The notes under the pieces were generated by a model that was given only the letters and a program-made list of their open reading frames with translations, was not told the origin of the DNA and did no database searches. The translations under genes and the position numbers were made by a program. Source: Octopus sinensis (taxonomy: Eukaryota). Taken from it: DNA of 64,000 nt. Positions 1-13,412 of the stretch are shown piece after piece. Within the stretch, counting starts at the first letter, position 1. Each line of letters starts with the position of its first letter. The stretch covers positions 120,590,001 through 120,654,000 of the forward strand of contig NC_043001.1 of assembly GCF_006345805.1 (NCBI RefSeq). The letters are read 5' to 3'.

Positions 1-589
1 ATAGGAACGCCTCTCTATATATAAAACATTAATCTCCGCTCCCCATCCAGTACGTTCATTCACTAAAACTTGTAAGGTGGGTCTTTTTAACCCAGCATGA
101 CAGGTGCAGTATTAATTGCAACACTAACTATTTTTCCATTTCAACCGTCCATTTTAAAGAAACTTCGTGACTTTGTTGTAGTCTATATCATCTTTTAAAA
201 CAAGGATTTCTCTTGTAAATTCCCAACAATTTTGATGCATTCATATAATACAATGGCTGAGCGAAGAAATTCTATAATCATTTTATGATAGCGGTTCATA
301 TCTGAGAAGGTATTATTTTTTTTCTATTTTGAATGTGTGTTTTTTATCCTGTTTTTTATTGTTATATTTTGTTTGTGTTATTCCCCTAGTTGTGCGCAAG
401 TATTTTGAATTGAATTATTAGTACAATTTTCCCAGAATCGTAGCATCTAAACACCCATAATTTTGGTCTCTCAAAGTCATAGACTGTGGACCACCAAGAA
501 TAATCGTCATGGTCCCCTAATGGTTCATGGAAAAACTGTTGAGAACCACTGACGTAGAGGGTCGCTAATTAGCTCGGTAATGATATTGA

Positions 590-830
590 TGAAGATGGTG
601 GTGGTGGTGGTGGTTGTGGTGGTGGTCGTGGTGGTCGTGGTCGGGGTGGTGGTGGTCGTGGTGGTCGTGGTCGTGGTGGTTTTGGTGGCGGCGGCGGCGG
701 CGGCGGTGATGGTAGTAGTGGTGGCAATGGTTGGCGGGATGAACATAACGACGAATAATTGTGGGGATACTGAGGGGATAAATGGTAAAGGTGATTACCA
801 TAATGATGATGAGGAAGCAGAAAAGGAAAA
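590..830. repeat. Compound trinucleotide microsatellite (GTG/GTC/GGC, then GAT/GAA-rich)
   Basis: Runs of gtggtg, gtcgtg and ggcggc are read directly. The overlapping poly-V/T/P/H ORFs are its translations. Confidence 0.9.
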
Positions 831-987
831 GAACAAAGAATAAGAAAAGAAGGGAATGTTTCGTCAGAGCTAAACCTCGAATCCCGATTGAGTTGAAGGA
901 GTAGATTACTTCTCACTTTCATCTTTATCTACCCACCAGCCTATCTAGCTATCCATCCATCTATCAATTCATTCATCCATATATATA

Positions 988-1142
988 TATATATTTGGAA
1001 AAAAATGAACAGAAATGGTTTTTCTGATCATTTTTCCACTTCAATAATTAGGTGTTTATAAGTTTCAACTTATAAACATCTAATTATTAAAGTGGAAAAA
1101 ATATCAGAAAAGTCAATTCAATTCATTTTTTTCAAATATATA
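988..1142. repeat. ~155-bp imperfect palindrome (foldback or MITE-like)
   Basis: 1020-1063 is the reverse complement of 1068-1111 with a few mismatches around a ttca loop. Outer arms tatatatttggaaaaaaatgaa (988-1009) and ttcatttttttcaaatatata (1122-1142) also pair. Confidence 0.85.
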
Positions 1143-1177
1143 ATACTGTACCAAGAATTTTCTATTTCTTGTGTGTG

Positions 1178-1944
<767 letters not shown>

Positions 1945-2014
<70 letters not shown>

Positions 2015-2026
2015 CCAGATAGATAA

Positions 2027-2080
<54 letters not shown>

Positions 2081-2084
2081 GATA
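1945..2084. repeat. (GATA)n array at 5' flank of Tx1 copy 1
   Basis: Direct reading. Confidence 0.97.
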
Positions 2085-2282
2085 CATACATACATATATG
2101 CGGACTAACATGAATACGTACTTATACATTCAAGGACAAACACACACACACACACACACACACGCACACTATTTCTCTCTCTGTCTCTGTCTTTCTCTTT
2201 ATCCCTTTATCCCACTACTGATATGTATATATGTATAAAAGAAAGATATTGTGTGCGTGAAAGCACACAAGTATATAAAGTG

Positions 2283-2332
<50 letters not shown>

Positions 2333-3190
2333 GTTGATAGGGTGTTTTTTAAAATGCTGGTAACTATGTTTTGGGAGTTTCGAAAGAAACAATGGAAGTG
2401 ATAATAAAATGCAAATAGACAAATATTAAAACCAAACTCCTACATACTACCAGGAAATTAGATTTGCTGGAGATAATTGTACAGTGTTGGGGGTGCTCTA
2501 ATAGAGAATCTATCTAATGATTCTTTGTAACCTGACTGTTTGTTGCCGTGTTTTTAATCTGTCAATGTCTGTAGTGTAAATATGACTATTTCCATGGAGC
2601 TAACTTGAGTTCTTCATTGCTATAACCTATGTGTAACAAATCGTCTTAACATTAGCATACGAGTTACTAAATGATGGAAAAATAAAAAGAAGTTAATTCT
2701 AATGGAGAGTTTTTTTATGAGTTTCTATGGTGATAGACATATGTTAATATATTCTTTAATATTTTGGTATTAAATATGAAACGAAGTCGAAAAAACGAAA
2801 CTGAAATGAGAACTGAATTAGCCGTTTGTATCTACATTTCCCTTCAACAAGGACATCACCTATTCTTTCAGGGAGTGTAATCAAGTGACGATAACAAGTA
2901 CAGTCGTATTCACCTTCATTTTTTTCTTTTGTTGTTGGTTATTTTACGGAAGGTGGGGGGTTAGATTAATAAAAGCTTTCGTTCTAATATATTTTGTTTA
3001 TTGAAAAGGAAAAATACTTGACCAATTATCATCTAAAGATGTCCATTAACTGTTACCTAAGAAAAAGATATGAATGCAGTCTTTAGATTTTTCATAGAAA
3101 TTCAGATATCAATATACACAATTTAGATGTTTCTATTAGACTAGTATAGAGACGCTAAGAAACGATATATACAGTTTGTACGTATCTAAT

Positions 3191-3324
3191 GTCAAATATT
3201 TGTCTCTGACTTTGCATTTGATCGTTTACCTCTGTTGAAATAACCAAAGGAAATAAATCAAAGCAAACATCACACACATACACTCACACAAATATATATA
3301 TATGTATGTATGTGTATATATATA

Positions 3325-3370
<46 letters not shown>

Positions 3371-3487
3371 CATACATATATATATATTTGTGTGAGTGTA
3401 TGTGTGTGATGTTTGCTTTGATTTATTTCCTTTGGTTATTTCAACAGAGGTAAACGATCAATGCAAAGTCAGAGACAAATATTTGAC
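3191..3487. repeat. Inverted duplication centred on a (TA)n tract
   Basis: gtcaaatatttgtctctgac...cacaaatatata (from 3191) is the reverse complement of the sequence ending ...gacaaatatttgac (3487), with one 1-bp indel in the unique part. Confidence 0.95.
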
Positions 3488-3644
3488 TTCATAATTTGAC
3501 ACTGAATTATTGGAAGTCCACCTGAAGATTGTCGATCAAGACAAGAAACGATTGTAGTGGCGGTTTTTTTGACTATTTATTAAAATTTTATGTATTGATT
3601 AAGTCTTTCCTTGTTTGTTTTGCAAAATAGTGGTTTTGTCTCGA

Positions 3645-3683
<39 letters not shown>

Positions 3684-3780
3684 CTTATAAATTTCACTGT
3701 ACTTCTTGTAGTGTTCAACCGTTAAAAACTTTTATTGTTTATCAACAAGCTAATCATTAACAAGTAGTACACACGCGCAT

Positions 3781-4125
3781 TTGACTTCGGCCATGCTGGA
3801 ACACCGCCATTAATCGACAAATCGACCCAAGAACTCATTCTTTGTAAGCCTAGTACTTATTCTATCGTTCTCTTTGCCGAACCGCTAAGTTACGGGGACG
3901 TAAAGACACCAGCGTCGGTTTGTCAAGCTATGCTTGGGGAACAAACACAGACACACAAACACACTATATATATATATACATATATAAGACAGGCTTCTTT
4001 CAGTTTCCGTCTACCAAATCCACTCACAAGGCTTTGGTCAGCCCGAGACTATAGTGTTAGACACTTACCCAAGTTACCACACAGTGAGACTGAACCCGGG
4101 ACCATGTAGCTGGTAAGCAAGCTAC
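3781..4125 (-). mobile_element. tRNA-derived SINE (body), interrupted in its head by the insertion at 4126-6207
   Basis: Homologous to copies at 9108-9437, 11500-11760 and 55737-56493. B-box-like GGTTCAGTC on the minus strand and a central microsatellite. Confidence 0.85.
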
Positions 4126-4380
4126 CTTATTTCAAAACATTTGCCATAAAGGCAGTACACAGATTAAGTTAGCTTTGCGGGCTGGACGAGGACATTAATG
4201 AAGTGAATGATAATGAAAGACAGATGATAAGGATGGGAGAAGACAAAAAGCGCCCGCCGACTTTCGCTTCTCTAAAACATTGTTCTTTTTAAAGATAAAC
4301 ACAAAACGAGGTATTAAACCTCTTACAATTTTTCAATTTTTGGACTTAGCAGTCCATTATTAATACTAACAGTTCAATAA

Positions 4381-5581
4381 TTACATATCGTCCTCGAAGT
4401 CGCTTCTGCCCGCGCCCTCCACCATCAACCACGCCTCCCTCAGAACGTAATCAAGTTCCGAGTTCGCGTCGCCCGGGACCAAGCTATAATCTTCATTGAG
4501 CTCCTTTAGCCCAAGCGTCACGTCGAACGCCACGGCCTCCACAGCTATCTGCGGAGGCCATTCGGGGTCCTGTGTGAAGGCTAAAGGTGCTCCCTTGTGG
4601 TACTCTTCCATCATTTTTTTCAATTTCTCCTCCTCTATAGAAGAGGACCAATACGTTCAGTTCTTTCGTTGGCGGCACAGTTCCCGCCAACGTCTGCGGC
4701 TCATGGGTATCAGCCGCCCGACCTCTCTTTCTTTTTCTTCTCCTTCTTTTGGGGGAGACTGCTGACCCAGGGGACTCCGTCACCAGACACGGGGGATCGC
4801 TATCCCCCTCCGCCACCTGAGCGTTCTTTGGCGAGCAACCATTGTTGCTCGCCTGTCTCTTTCTTTTCGTGGAGGCAACCTCCTCCATGACTTCCACCGT
4901 CTCCCCCTCCATTGAGGGGGCGGCGGGCGCCTTTTCCCCTTCATGCTCCGGGGCACCACCACGGCCCCCAGGACAATTCCTCTTGATATGTCCGGGCTTC
5001 AGGCACAGGTGACACTTGGGGGGGCGTCCCTCGAGTATCACCGGGTACCTGTGCCCAGCCATTCTCAGGAAGTCCGGGAATTTCATTTCTCCCACGGCCA
5101 CCGGTGTCCACAGGGTCAAAGTTGCCTTTGACCCCTCCCAGGCGACCGCGGGAGCCATTTTCACACTCAGTAGCCTGGGTCCGCTATCCCCCAGGCCTCG
5201 CCGGATGGTCTTCTCGATCCATTCCGCCTCCGTGCCCGGGGGCAGCCCACAAACCCAGGCTCTTTTTACTTTTCTGCCACAATACGAGGGGAGGAACAAA
5301 ATTTCCTCTCCCTCCAGTGGCTCGCTAGCAAATCTGCTAGCTTCCTCGGGGGTACCAAACAGCAACCACACCGTTGCAAATTTAGTCCCCCGAGAAATAA
5401 ACTTTATCGTTGGTAGGTGGTCCCCCAACTCTTTCTCTATGGTGCTCCTGTCGAAGAGGGCGATAGCTCCACGCGACCTAGAATAGGTTCGTAGGACCTC
5501 CGTCCTCTTCTCAAGACTTTCAATCCACTGCTTGGGTGGGACAACCTCCCATTCCAAAGCAGTGGTTTCTTTTGTTGCCAT
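4381..5581 (-). pseudogene. LINE ORF1 (gag-like, CCHC zinc knuckle), ~399 aa once one +1 frameshift is removed
   Basis: MATKETT...PSYCGRK...EGRPPKCHLCLKPGHIKRNC. The frame shifts in the A-run at ~4613-4620 into KMMEEY...FEDDM*. Aligns with ORF1 at 43410-44000 (PSYRGQK, DGRRPRC). Confidence 0.85.
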
Positions 5582-5594
5582 TAATTTGAAAAAA

Positions 5595-5810
5595 AGTTCA
5601 ACTAAGAGTTCAAAGTCCAATAAGAAAAAAACACAATGACAGAACAGAAAGACAGAGCAGAGAAAAGGACGAAGGAAGACAGTTCAAATAATGGCAACAC
5701 AGTTCAACTAAAAGTTCAAAGTCCAATAAGAAAAAACACAATGACAGAACAGAAAGACAGAGCAGAGAAAAGGACGAAGGAAGACAGTTCAAATAATGGC
5801 AACACAGTTC
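5595..5810. repeat. Two tandem ~105-bp monomers in the element 5'UTR
   Basis: agttcaacta...aacac units start at 5595 and 5701, with a third partial unit at 5806. A further 30-bp tandem duplication lies at ~5853-5910. Confidence 0.95.
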
Positions 5811-6207
5811 TGCAACTGGTAATCCTCACGAAACAGGGTACTCCAGTTGCAGCACACTTGGTTCTCCGTGGTAAATCCAAGCACAATTGGTTCTCCGTGG
5901 TAAATCCAAGCGAACAAATTAATTTTTGAGGAGGGGCTATGCCTCCTTAAAATACACAATTCTCACTAAAAGGTGAGACAATAAATACGCCAACAGGCAG
6001 AACAAATACATCCGAAGCAAAGTGAAGCTTATTACCCGCAGAAAAGTGTTAACACTAATTAATATTAATGCCAAAAAAGTATTAACGGCAAGCAATAAAC
6101 CTCACTATGCTTCCAAAAATATCCAAAATGTTCTACCTTTTGCCGTAAAATGTTCAATATTTCACGTTAACACGTGACATTTGCCGGAGCAAAAAAAACA
6201 CGTCTGT

Positions 6208-6240
6208 CTGGTAAGAAGCTACTTACCACACAGCCACGCC
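6208..6240 (-). mobile_element. Remainder of the interrupted SINE head (A-box side)
   Basis: Minus strand reads GTGGCTGTGTGGTAAGTAGCTT, the family 5' end also seen at 56470-56493. Confidence 0.8.
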
Positions 6241-6374
6241 CGTGCCTATATGTATATAAACGATAAACGTCACCCTTCTCAAGCCTAGCCAGGCACATGG
6301 GCCGGTTTCCCGGTTTCTGTGGCGTATGTGTTCCCCCCAGCTGAACGGGGCGCGAGTCAATCGCAGCCTATATG

Positions 6375-6380
<6 letters not shown>

Positions 6381-6411
<31 letters not shown>

Positions 6412-6477
6412 TATAATAATAATAATAATAAAATAATAATAATAATAATAATTATAATAATAATAATAATAATAATG
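6381..6477. repeat. (AAT)n microsatellite
   Basis: Direct reading. Confidence 0.97.
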
Positions 6478-6506
6478 TATGGATAGAATTTATAAATATT
6501 TTAATA

Positions 6507-6827
6507 CATCGCTACGCGCATTTCCACAAATCGCATGCACATCCTTATGATCTCTCCATCACCCTACCAATTAGTGAGCAGTTCTGTATGTAATTGGTTG
6601 ACTGTGGTTTGTGAGCAGTGCCCACGTAACCCAATCCACCATTTGATTGATGAAAATTGATAAACATCCTTCGATTATACATTCACTGCTTCATCACCTG
6701 ATGAAATGAACACATGAACTATGATTTCTTCCAATGTCCATGGATACTACGAACTGTACTTTAATCAACACAAGAATACGAACTATGATCGTAAGAAATG
6801 TGATTTGTGGAAACGCGTGTAGCGATG
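6507..6827. mobile_element. MITE-like element with ~30-bp imperfect TIRs
   Basis: catcgctacgcgcatttccacaaatcgcat (6507-6536) versus atgtgatttgtggaaacgcgtgtagcgatg (6798-6827). TA on the left and CA on the right. Confidence 0.65.
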
Positions 6828-7929
6828 CATTATCATAAATTATGAATTCCATCCGTGGATTATTGTTATTATCATCGGAGCAATCTGTCGGTTACGACGA
6901 CGAGGGTCCCAACTGATACGATCAACGGAACAGCTTGCTCATGATCTGAGGCTATATGGTAGACGATGTTTGACCAAGATGCCACACATTGGAATCAAAC
7001 CCGAATCTACGAAGCGAACTTCCGAACTGTTCGAATAAGCACACACACACACACACACACGCGCGCACACACTTTACATCCTAATATGCAAATGAGTTAA
7101 TGAAACTAGTGCTACGCTAAACATGATTTTGTTTTTCTGAAACTGAACAGCGTTGATGAGTTGCGCGACGATCCATCAATTGGAAATATCAACGCTCAGT
7201 TTCCTAGTTTCTGCATAACAGTCAACACTTAAAGCATTTTTCTATTCTTGTTTTACTACAATTATTTATACATTTATTAGTGTTTAATTTCATGTAATTT
7301 ATGTATTTTTATAGTTTTTTTTTCAAACTTATTCGCATGGTATTTCAGTCTCTCTAAAAAAAATGTTATATTTCCTCATATATTTTTCTCGGTTTTATTA
7401 TTTCTTTACACAGATACAATTATTATAGGTAGACTGCATACAATTTGTTAAATTGTTGCTGTATAAGATTTCAAACCATTCTTTCTATATTTAAATTGTT
7501 GTTGTTTTTGGTGATGTTGCTGTTGATAATGCTGATTGTTGATATTTTTTCTAATTGGTTGGTTACTTGCTTACTTGCTTCTATTTTCTCTATTTAATTG
7601 TAAACAACCAAAATAATATTTTTAAGAAATAATTGAAACTGAAACATTTATAAAAGTGCCTTTGCAATTATCCGCTTATTTATTATTATTTTTTTTTGTT
7701 CTTGTTTGTCTTTCTTTTTTTAAACTGTTACCAAAAATAAATGTTTCAAAACTAAATTTGTTTGTCTAAATCTCATAAAGTGCGAATTCTATTTTCTTTT
7801 TCTTTTCTTTATTTTTATTTGTTTCCTTTTCTTCTTTCCTATACGAGTGCAAATGTCCCATTTTACAAATGTTTGTTTTAGCAACGATCATATTCCACCA
7901 TCTCTCCTGCATCCATTCCTTTTTTATGT

Positions 7930-8362
7930 GACGTCCAATACCAAAGACACAGACATAAAGATGTCACCACAGAGCGACCGAATCTCAAACAACATCCAAG
8001 AGCAATGCCAACAGTAGCCGACCATTAAAATCGAAGCCCAGCAGTACAGGTTACAGTGGTTTGGCCACGTCTGCAAGATGAGCACCGGAAGACTACCACA
8101 CCAATTTTTGTGGCGGCAGCGACCCACACACTGGAGAGTCCAGCGCAGCGAACCATAAAAGACGTGGGTGAAACAAACTGAGGAAAAATTGGAGTCGCAG
8201 CGCCTCGACCTCAAGTGTGCTAAGGCCAGTGCCATGGATCGGAAAGCTAGGGACAACATTATCACCAGAGTTCATCATCCAGCGGCACCCACAGCAGTGT
8301 ATTGAGAGGAAAACCTTCCCCTTGGGTCGCCAGCAAGGGATTTTACTTACTTCCTTACTTAC
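7930..8362 (+). mobile_element. RTE-clade LINE 3' fragment with (TTAC)n tail
   Basis: Frame at 8048 reads RLQWFGHVCKMSTGRLP...KTW, the RTE C-terminal RLxWFGHVxRM motif. Tail ttacttacttccttacttac at 8343-8362. Confidence 0.8.
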
Positions 8363-9107
8363 ATGGTCAGTCAACATGCCTGCTCCTGTTTCAATTATTT
8401 GCTGATCTTGGTCAGAAATTCTATGCTAATTAATAGTTCAAATTAAAATATTGAGTTTGATTTGTTACCTCTCCTGAAAACTTAATTTGGAATACTCAAA
8501 TATGAAGGCCTGGATATCTCCAGCTACTAACGTCCCCATCCCAGCGCCCTCTAAGAGGATGCATGCACCTCTCTCCCACTTTCTTTAAGACAGGCACTTC
8601 AGCGACTCTTCAGCTTTATACCTTAACAAACTGAGATTCTTATCTATTCTCCTACAGATTTTGCCATTACTATATCAGATTTATTGGAATTAAGAGATTG
8701 AGTGGCATTCGTACTTTTACCAAAAGGCATAAACGATGCTTAATGTGAAGCAAATTAGCTAAGTAAATTAGCTGCAGCTAACCATCGATTTCCTTAAATC
8801 ATTTAAAAGCTCTGATACTCTCCAGCCATTAAATAATTTAAGGAAATTATTGACTAAAACTACAGTTCAGTGGTGGCCAAACTCAGGCACTCAGCACGAT
8901 GTGCAGCTCTTGAGATAATATTGGGTTTCTCTAAAATACCCTGAACATTCTACCAGCTAGATTTTAAAGTATTAACTGCAACAGTGACCACTCAATAAAA
9001 GCATTCAATATGCTGTGATTAACCAATATACTTCACTATGTAAAGATGTGTAGGGGTATAATTTATTTTCTCTTTTCTCTGTCTTTTACTTGTTGCAGTT
9101 ATTAGAC

Positions 9108-9437
9108 AGCGGCCACCTTGAAAAATGTTAGTCAAAGGAATCGACCCCAGCACTTGTGATTTTTAAGCCCGGTACTTATTCTATCGGTCTCTTATGTTTC
9201 GGAGACGTAAACGTACCAACACTGATTGTCAGGCAGAGTTGGGAGACACATACACACCTATATATATATATATATATACACGAGAGGCGTCTTTCAGTTT
9301 CCGTCAACAAAATCTACCCACAAGGCTTTGGTCGACCAGAGGTTACAGCAGAAAACACCTGCCCAAGGTGTCACGCAGTGGGATTGAACCCGAAACCACG
9401 TGGCTGAGAAACAAACTTCTTAACACACACCCACGCA
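9108..9437 (-). mobile_element. tRNA-derived SINE
   Basis: Homology to 3781-4125. GGTTCAATCC B-box on the minus strand. Confidence 0.8.
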
Positions 9438-10360
9438 TGTGCCATTTTACAAAATTGTGGTGGATCATGAAAAACAAAATACATGTGGTTCGCTTCAAAA
9501 ACCTTAACCGCTTCTGGTGTAGTCTTTAGTGGAATTATTAAGTCATGAGAATATAATCAGAGATATATTTTGTTTATATCTATGTGTGAAAGCTGATGCT
9601 ATAACTGATTCAACGATTCATTGATCAATGGCGTAGCTATTGAGAATTGTACACACTGCAAAAGCTTTGGCGACAAAACATTGTTGCTCCTATAAAATAA
9701 TAATTGCTATTCTTTTATATAGCAAACGTTGGTGTGGCTACAATGCCGTCTCCAACATATCACTGATTCAGCTGTTTTTATGCACTTAGGTTTGTTTCAT
9801 TTATGAAATACAGAATAATGGCCAGTAAATCATTGGCTACTATTTCTTAAAGGCAGTGTAAATATTCTATAATAGACTTGTCACAGTAGTTGCTTTGCTT
9901 TCGTGTTTTCGTATTTTGGGGCAAATGATAAAATAATCAAGATGAATTCTGTCCAGAAGTTATACAGAGACGAAAATATAATTCAAATTGACATCAAAGA
10001 AAATATTTATTATATACGAGCAAATCATTTGAGAAAATGATCGCGGAAAGTACTTGACTAACCTGACAAGTACAATGTAGAAAAAAACTATTGTGATTTA
10101 TCTTGTGAGCGTGTGCTTGTGTGTGCGTGTATGTGCATGTACGTGTGCGTGCGTTTGTATACATACAAATATGTGTGTGTGCGTGTGTGTGTGTAGGTGT
10201 GTGTGTGTGTACATACATATAGATATAATTTATATATACATATGTATATTTATATATACATATACGTAAATATAAATATATATATATATATACACACACA
10301 TATATATATAAAGATATGTATGTATATACATATATGTGTATATATATATATATATGTATG

Positions 10361-10401
<41 letters not shown>

Positions 10402-10558
10402 AGATACACAAACATACATACATACATTCATACATACATACATACATACATACACACATACATACATTCATACATACATACATACACACATACATACATT
10501 CATACATACATACATACATACACACATACATACATACATACATACATACATACATACA

Positions 10559-10591
<33 letters not shown>

Positions 10592-11499
10592 TGATTGGTG
10601 GAGTAAAAATTATTTGGTGGCACTGGGCAGTTGTATGACCTAGTTCAGTTACCAAACCTATAACAAGTCAGCAATTACAAAGCAAGTGTATCTATGTGTG
10701 TGGGTGAGCGCCAGTATGCTTGTGTGAGAGAGAGAGTGGGAAAGAAAGAATGAGAGAATGATGGAATGAGAGAATGAGGGAATGCGAGAATGAGAGAGTG
10801 AGTGCGTTGTATCAATGCAAGAAAGAGAATGCATTAATATTTTCTTTTGGATGAACTCACACACACACGCATGCATACACACACACACACACACACACAC
10901 ACTGACACACACACACAAACACACACACACACACACACACACACTCCCCAAGATCCCAAATACATGTATATATGTATGTCCAATCTAAAGTATTCTGCAA
11001 AATATGCCAATCAAACTTAATAAACGTAACCTCACCAAACCACAGCCAAAGCCAGCCAAGTACTTTAACTTGATTTATAACGTTGAAATTCCATTTACTT
11101 TCCATATCAAAGCATCACAAAGGCGGCTCGCTTGCAGCATTATCACGACGAGCAAACTGCTTAGCAACATTTCATCCGTTTTTACGTTTTGAGTTCCGCT
11201 CCCACAGCGGTCGAATTTGCTTTCATTGATAAAAGTTGATAAAATGAGAATCATTTGAAGACTGGGATCAAGGTTATCGATTTAATCCCTTTTTCGAAAT
11301 TACTGATCTGGTGCCAACATTTGAAGCCAATGTTAATGCATCATCGTGTTTTTAAGTCGAAATTCAGTCGTTAGTTTCATCTTAAACTCTTAAAAGCATT
11401 GTTATTGATGTATCCCCTTTTATTTTTCTATTGTTATTCTGGTTTCCGTCATTTAAGTGGAGACATGCTGGCGCTCTGCCATAAAGGGTTTTGTTTTAG

Positions 11500-11664
11500 G
11501 CGTGGCTGCGCGGTAAGAGGTCCACTTTCCAATCACATGGTTTTATGTTCAGTCCCACTGCATGGATTCTTGGACAAGTGTCTTCTATTACAGCCTTGGG
11601 TCGAACAAAACCTTGTGAGTGGATTTGGAAGCCAGACACTGAAAGAAGCTCGTCATATATATAT

Positions 11665-11695
<31 letters not shown>

Positions 11696-11760
11696 CTGTT
11701 GGCCATCGTATCTCGACCAACATGTGTCCCCGCTACCGAAACGGTAATTATTTCTACGCC
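11500..11760 (+). mobile_element. tRNA-derived SINE
   Basis: ggcgtggctgcgcggtaag head, gttcagtcccactg B-box and central (TA)n. Confidence 0.75.
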
Positions 11761-11829
11761 AGCTGCTATGTTGTTGTTGTTTTTGTCTCATTTGGTCTAA
11801 AGTCGTATGACAACCACCGTTATATATAT

Positions 11830-12090
11830 TTTGTTTATTCATTACTGTTTTCAATTTCGTTTTCGTCTCTTGTATTCACATCCGTCTTGTGCGTTCACAT
11901 TCCTGTCTTCTACCAAGAAATCTAATGCTTACAGCTTAGTTTTTTTTCTTGGGGCTGGCCGAGTTGGAGCAAATATCAGAATTGAACAGCCGAAATTTGC
12001 TATGATGATTCGGTGTCTGACTGAAGATTGAAGGCTTCGAATGATTTGTCTGTGTTCCGTGTTCGTCCCTTCCTGTATTTCACGTTCATT
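11830..12090 (+). mobile_element. Interspersed repeat (possibly Penelope-derived) ending at (TA)n
   Basis: Homologous to the reverse complement of 13875-14190 (aatctaatgc...cagccgaaatt...ctgactgaWga...ggcttcgaatg). Confidence 0.6.
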
Positions 12091-12115
12091 ATATATAAAA
12101 CATTTATTCTTATAT

Positions 12116-12159
<44 letters not shown>

Positions 12160-12392
12160 AATTTAAAATGAGGGTGAGAAATGTGATACTAATTTAATTA
12201 ACATCAATTTCACACCAGTGCTCTAGCATATAAAAATTTGAAGGTTCAGTAAAATTGTATTATATACATATGAGAGGGGTAAACGCTATATGGACAACTC
12301 TTATGCTAGAAGTAGATCCGCTATGGTCTAACCACTAAGAAATGTTCTCAAGAAAAATTTAGCAAATAATATATGTGTGTATGTGTGTGTGC

Positions 12393-12453
<61 letters not shown>

Positions 12454-13246
12454 TGTGTGTGTGTGCGTGTGTGTGTGCGTGCGTGTGTGCGTGTGTGTGT
12501 TTAGGAGTAGTATAAATTATGGGTTCAGAGAATCGTGCAGCTGTCACACACAGACACACCACACACACACACATACACACATATAGGCTTCCACACGGTT
12601 TCCGTCCCAAGGCATAGTAAGACACTTGCCCAAAGAGATACTGCTCAGTGAACTGTTAGCTACGTAGATTCGCAGCAAACTTCATAACCACACTGCCATA
12701 CCCAGCTTCGTATTCTGCATGGAGAGTTGAAGTGATTTTGTGTTAAAAGGAATTAGGAATTCATTGATTGTTATTGTTGCTTGATACCAGACCGACCCTG
12801 CTGAATCAAACCTTAGAATAAAAAAGCATTCTACTCATAACCATCGCGTCTTTCTGTTCAGACTTAGCGTATCTCGGCCAGTGTGCCATTACGTCCTCTC
12901 CTTTGTTTCTTAAGATGCTATTTCTTTCATATAAAATTATAGCCTACTATTTCTAGCCATGTATACACTCCGTCATTGACTCACTTTGGACTGATATTTC
13001 CAGCACTCATTACCTTGAAAATATATTGATGCTGACGTTGGTTGAAATTAATGAGAAGACAAAGAGTTAATAGAATATAACTTTTGCGTAGAGGATATAG
13101 AACAATTGCTGATTGAATAATATTAATTAGACCTGCAAATTAGAGTTCTCAGTTGTTCGTTCGATATATAGCTCAATGAAACTTGAAAATTATTCTCGTC
13201 GCCATGGTTTTCTGGTGTTGGATGCATGCATGCATGTATGTATGTA

Positions 13247-13300
<54 letters not shown>

Positions 13301-13412
13301 GCGTGTGTGTGTATGTGTGTATTTATATATAAGAAATTATCAAGTAGCCTGAAAAACCTCAAAAAGGGAAAATTTATTAAGTCTTCCCATTAAATATTTT
13401 TATTTATACTAA

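Larger units (their letters stand above)
4126..6207 (-). mobile_element. ORF1-only (half-LINE-like) Tx1-related retroelement with TSD
   Basis: Flanked by ctggtaagcaagctac (4110-4125) and ctggtaagaagctac (6208-6222). Contains a 5'UTR with tandem repeats, one gag-like ORF and a ~255-bp 3' region. No endonuclease or RT motifs. Confidence 0.8.

Noticed and set aside
525-922. Pro-, His-, Thr- and Val-rich ORFs
   Set aside because: All frames read a trinucleotide repeat; no splice or domain support.
6698-6719. CTGATGA-a-ATG/CAT-GAAC hammerhead-like string inside a MITE
   Set aside because: GAAC instead of GAAA, and no stem I or stem III.
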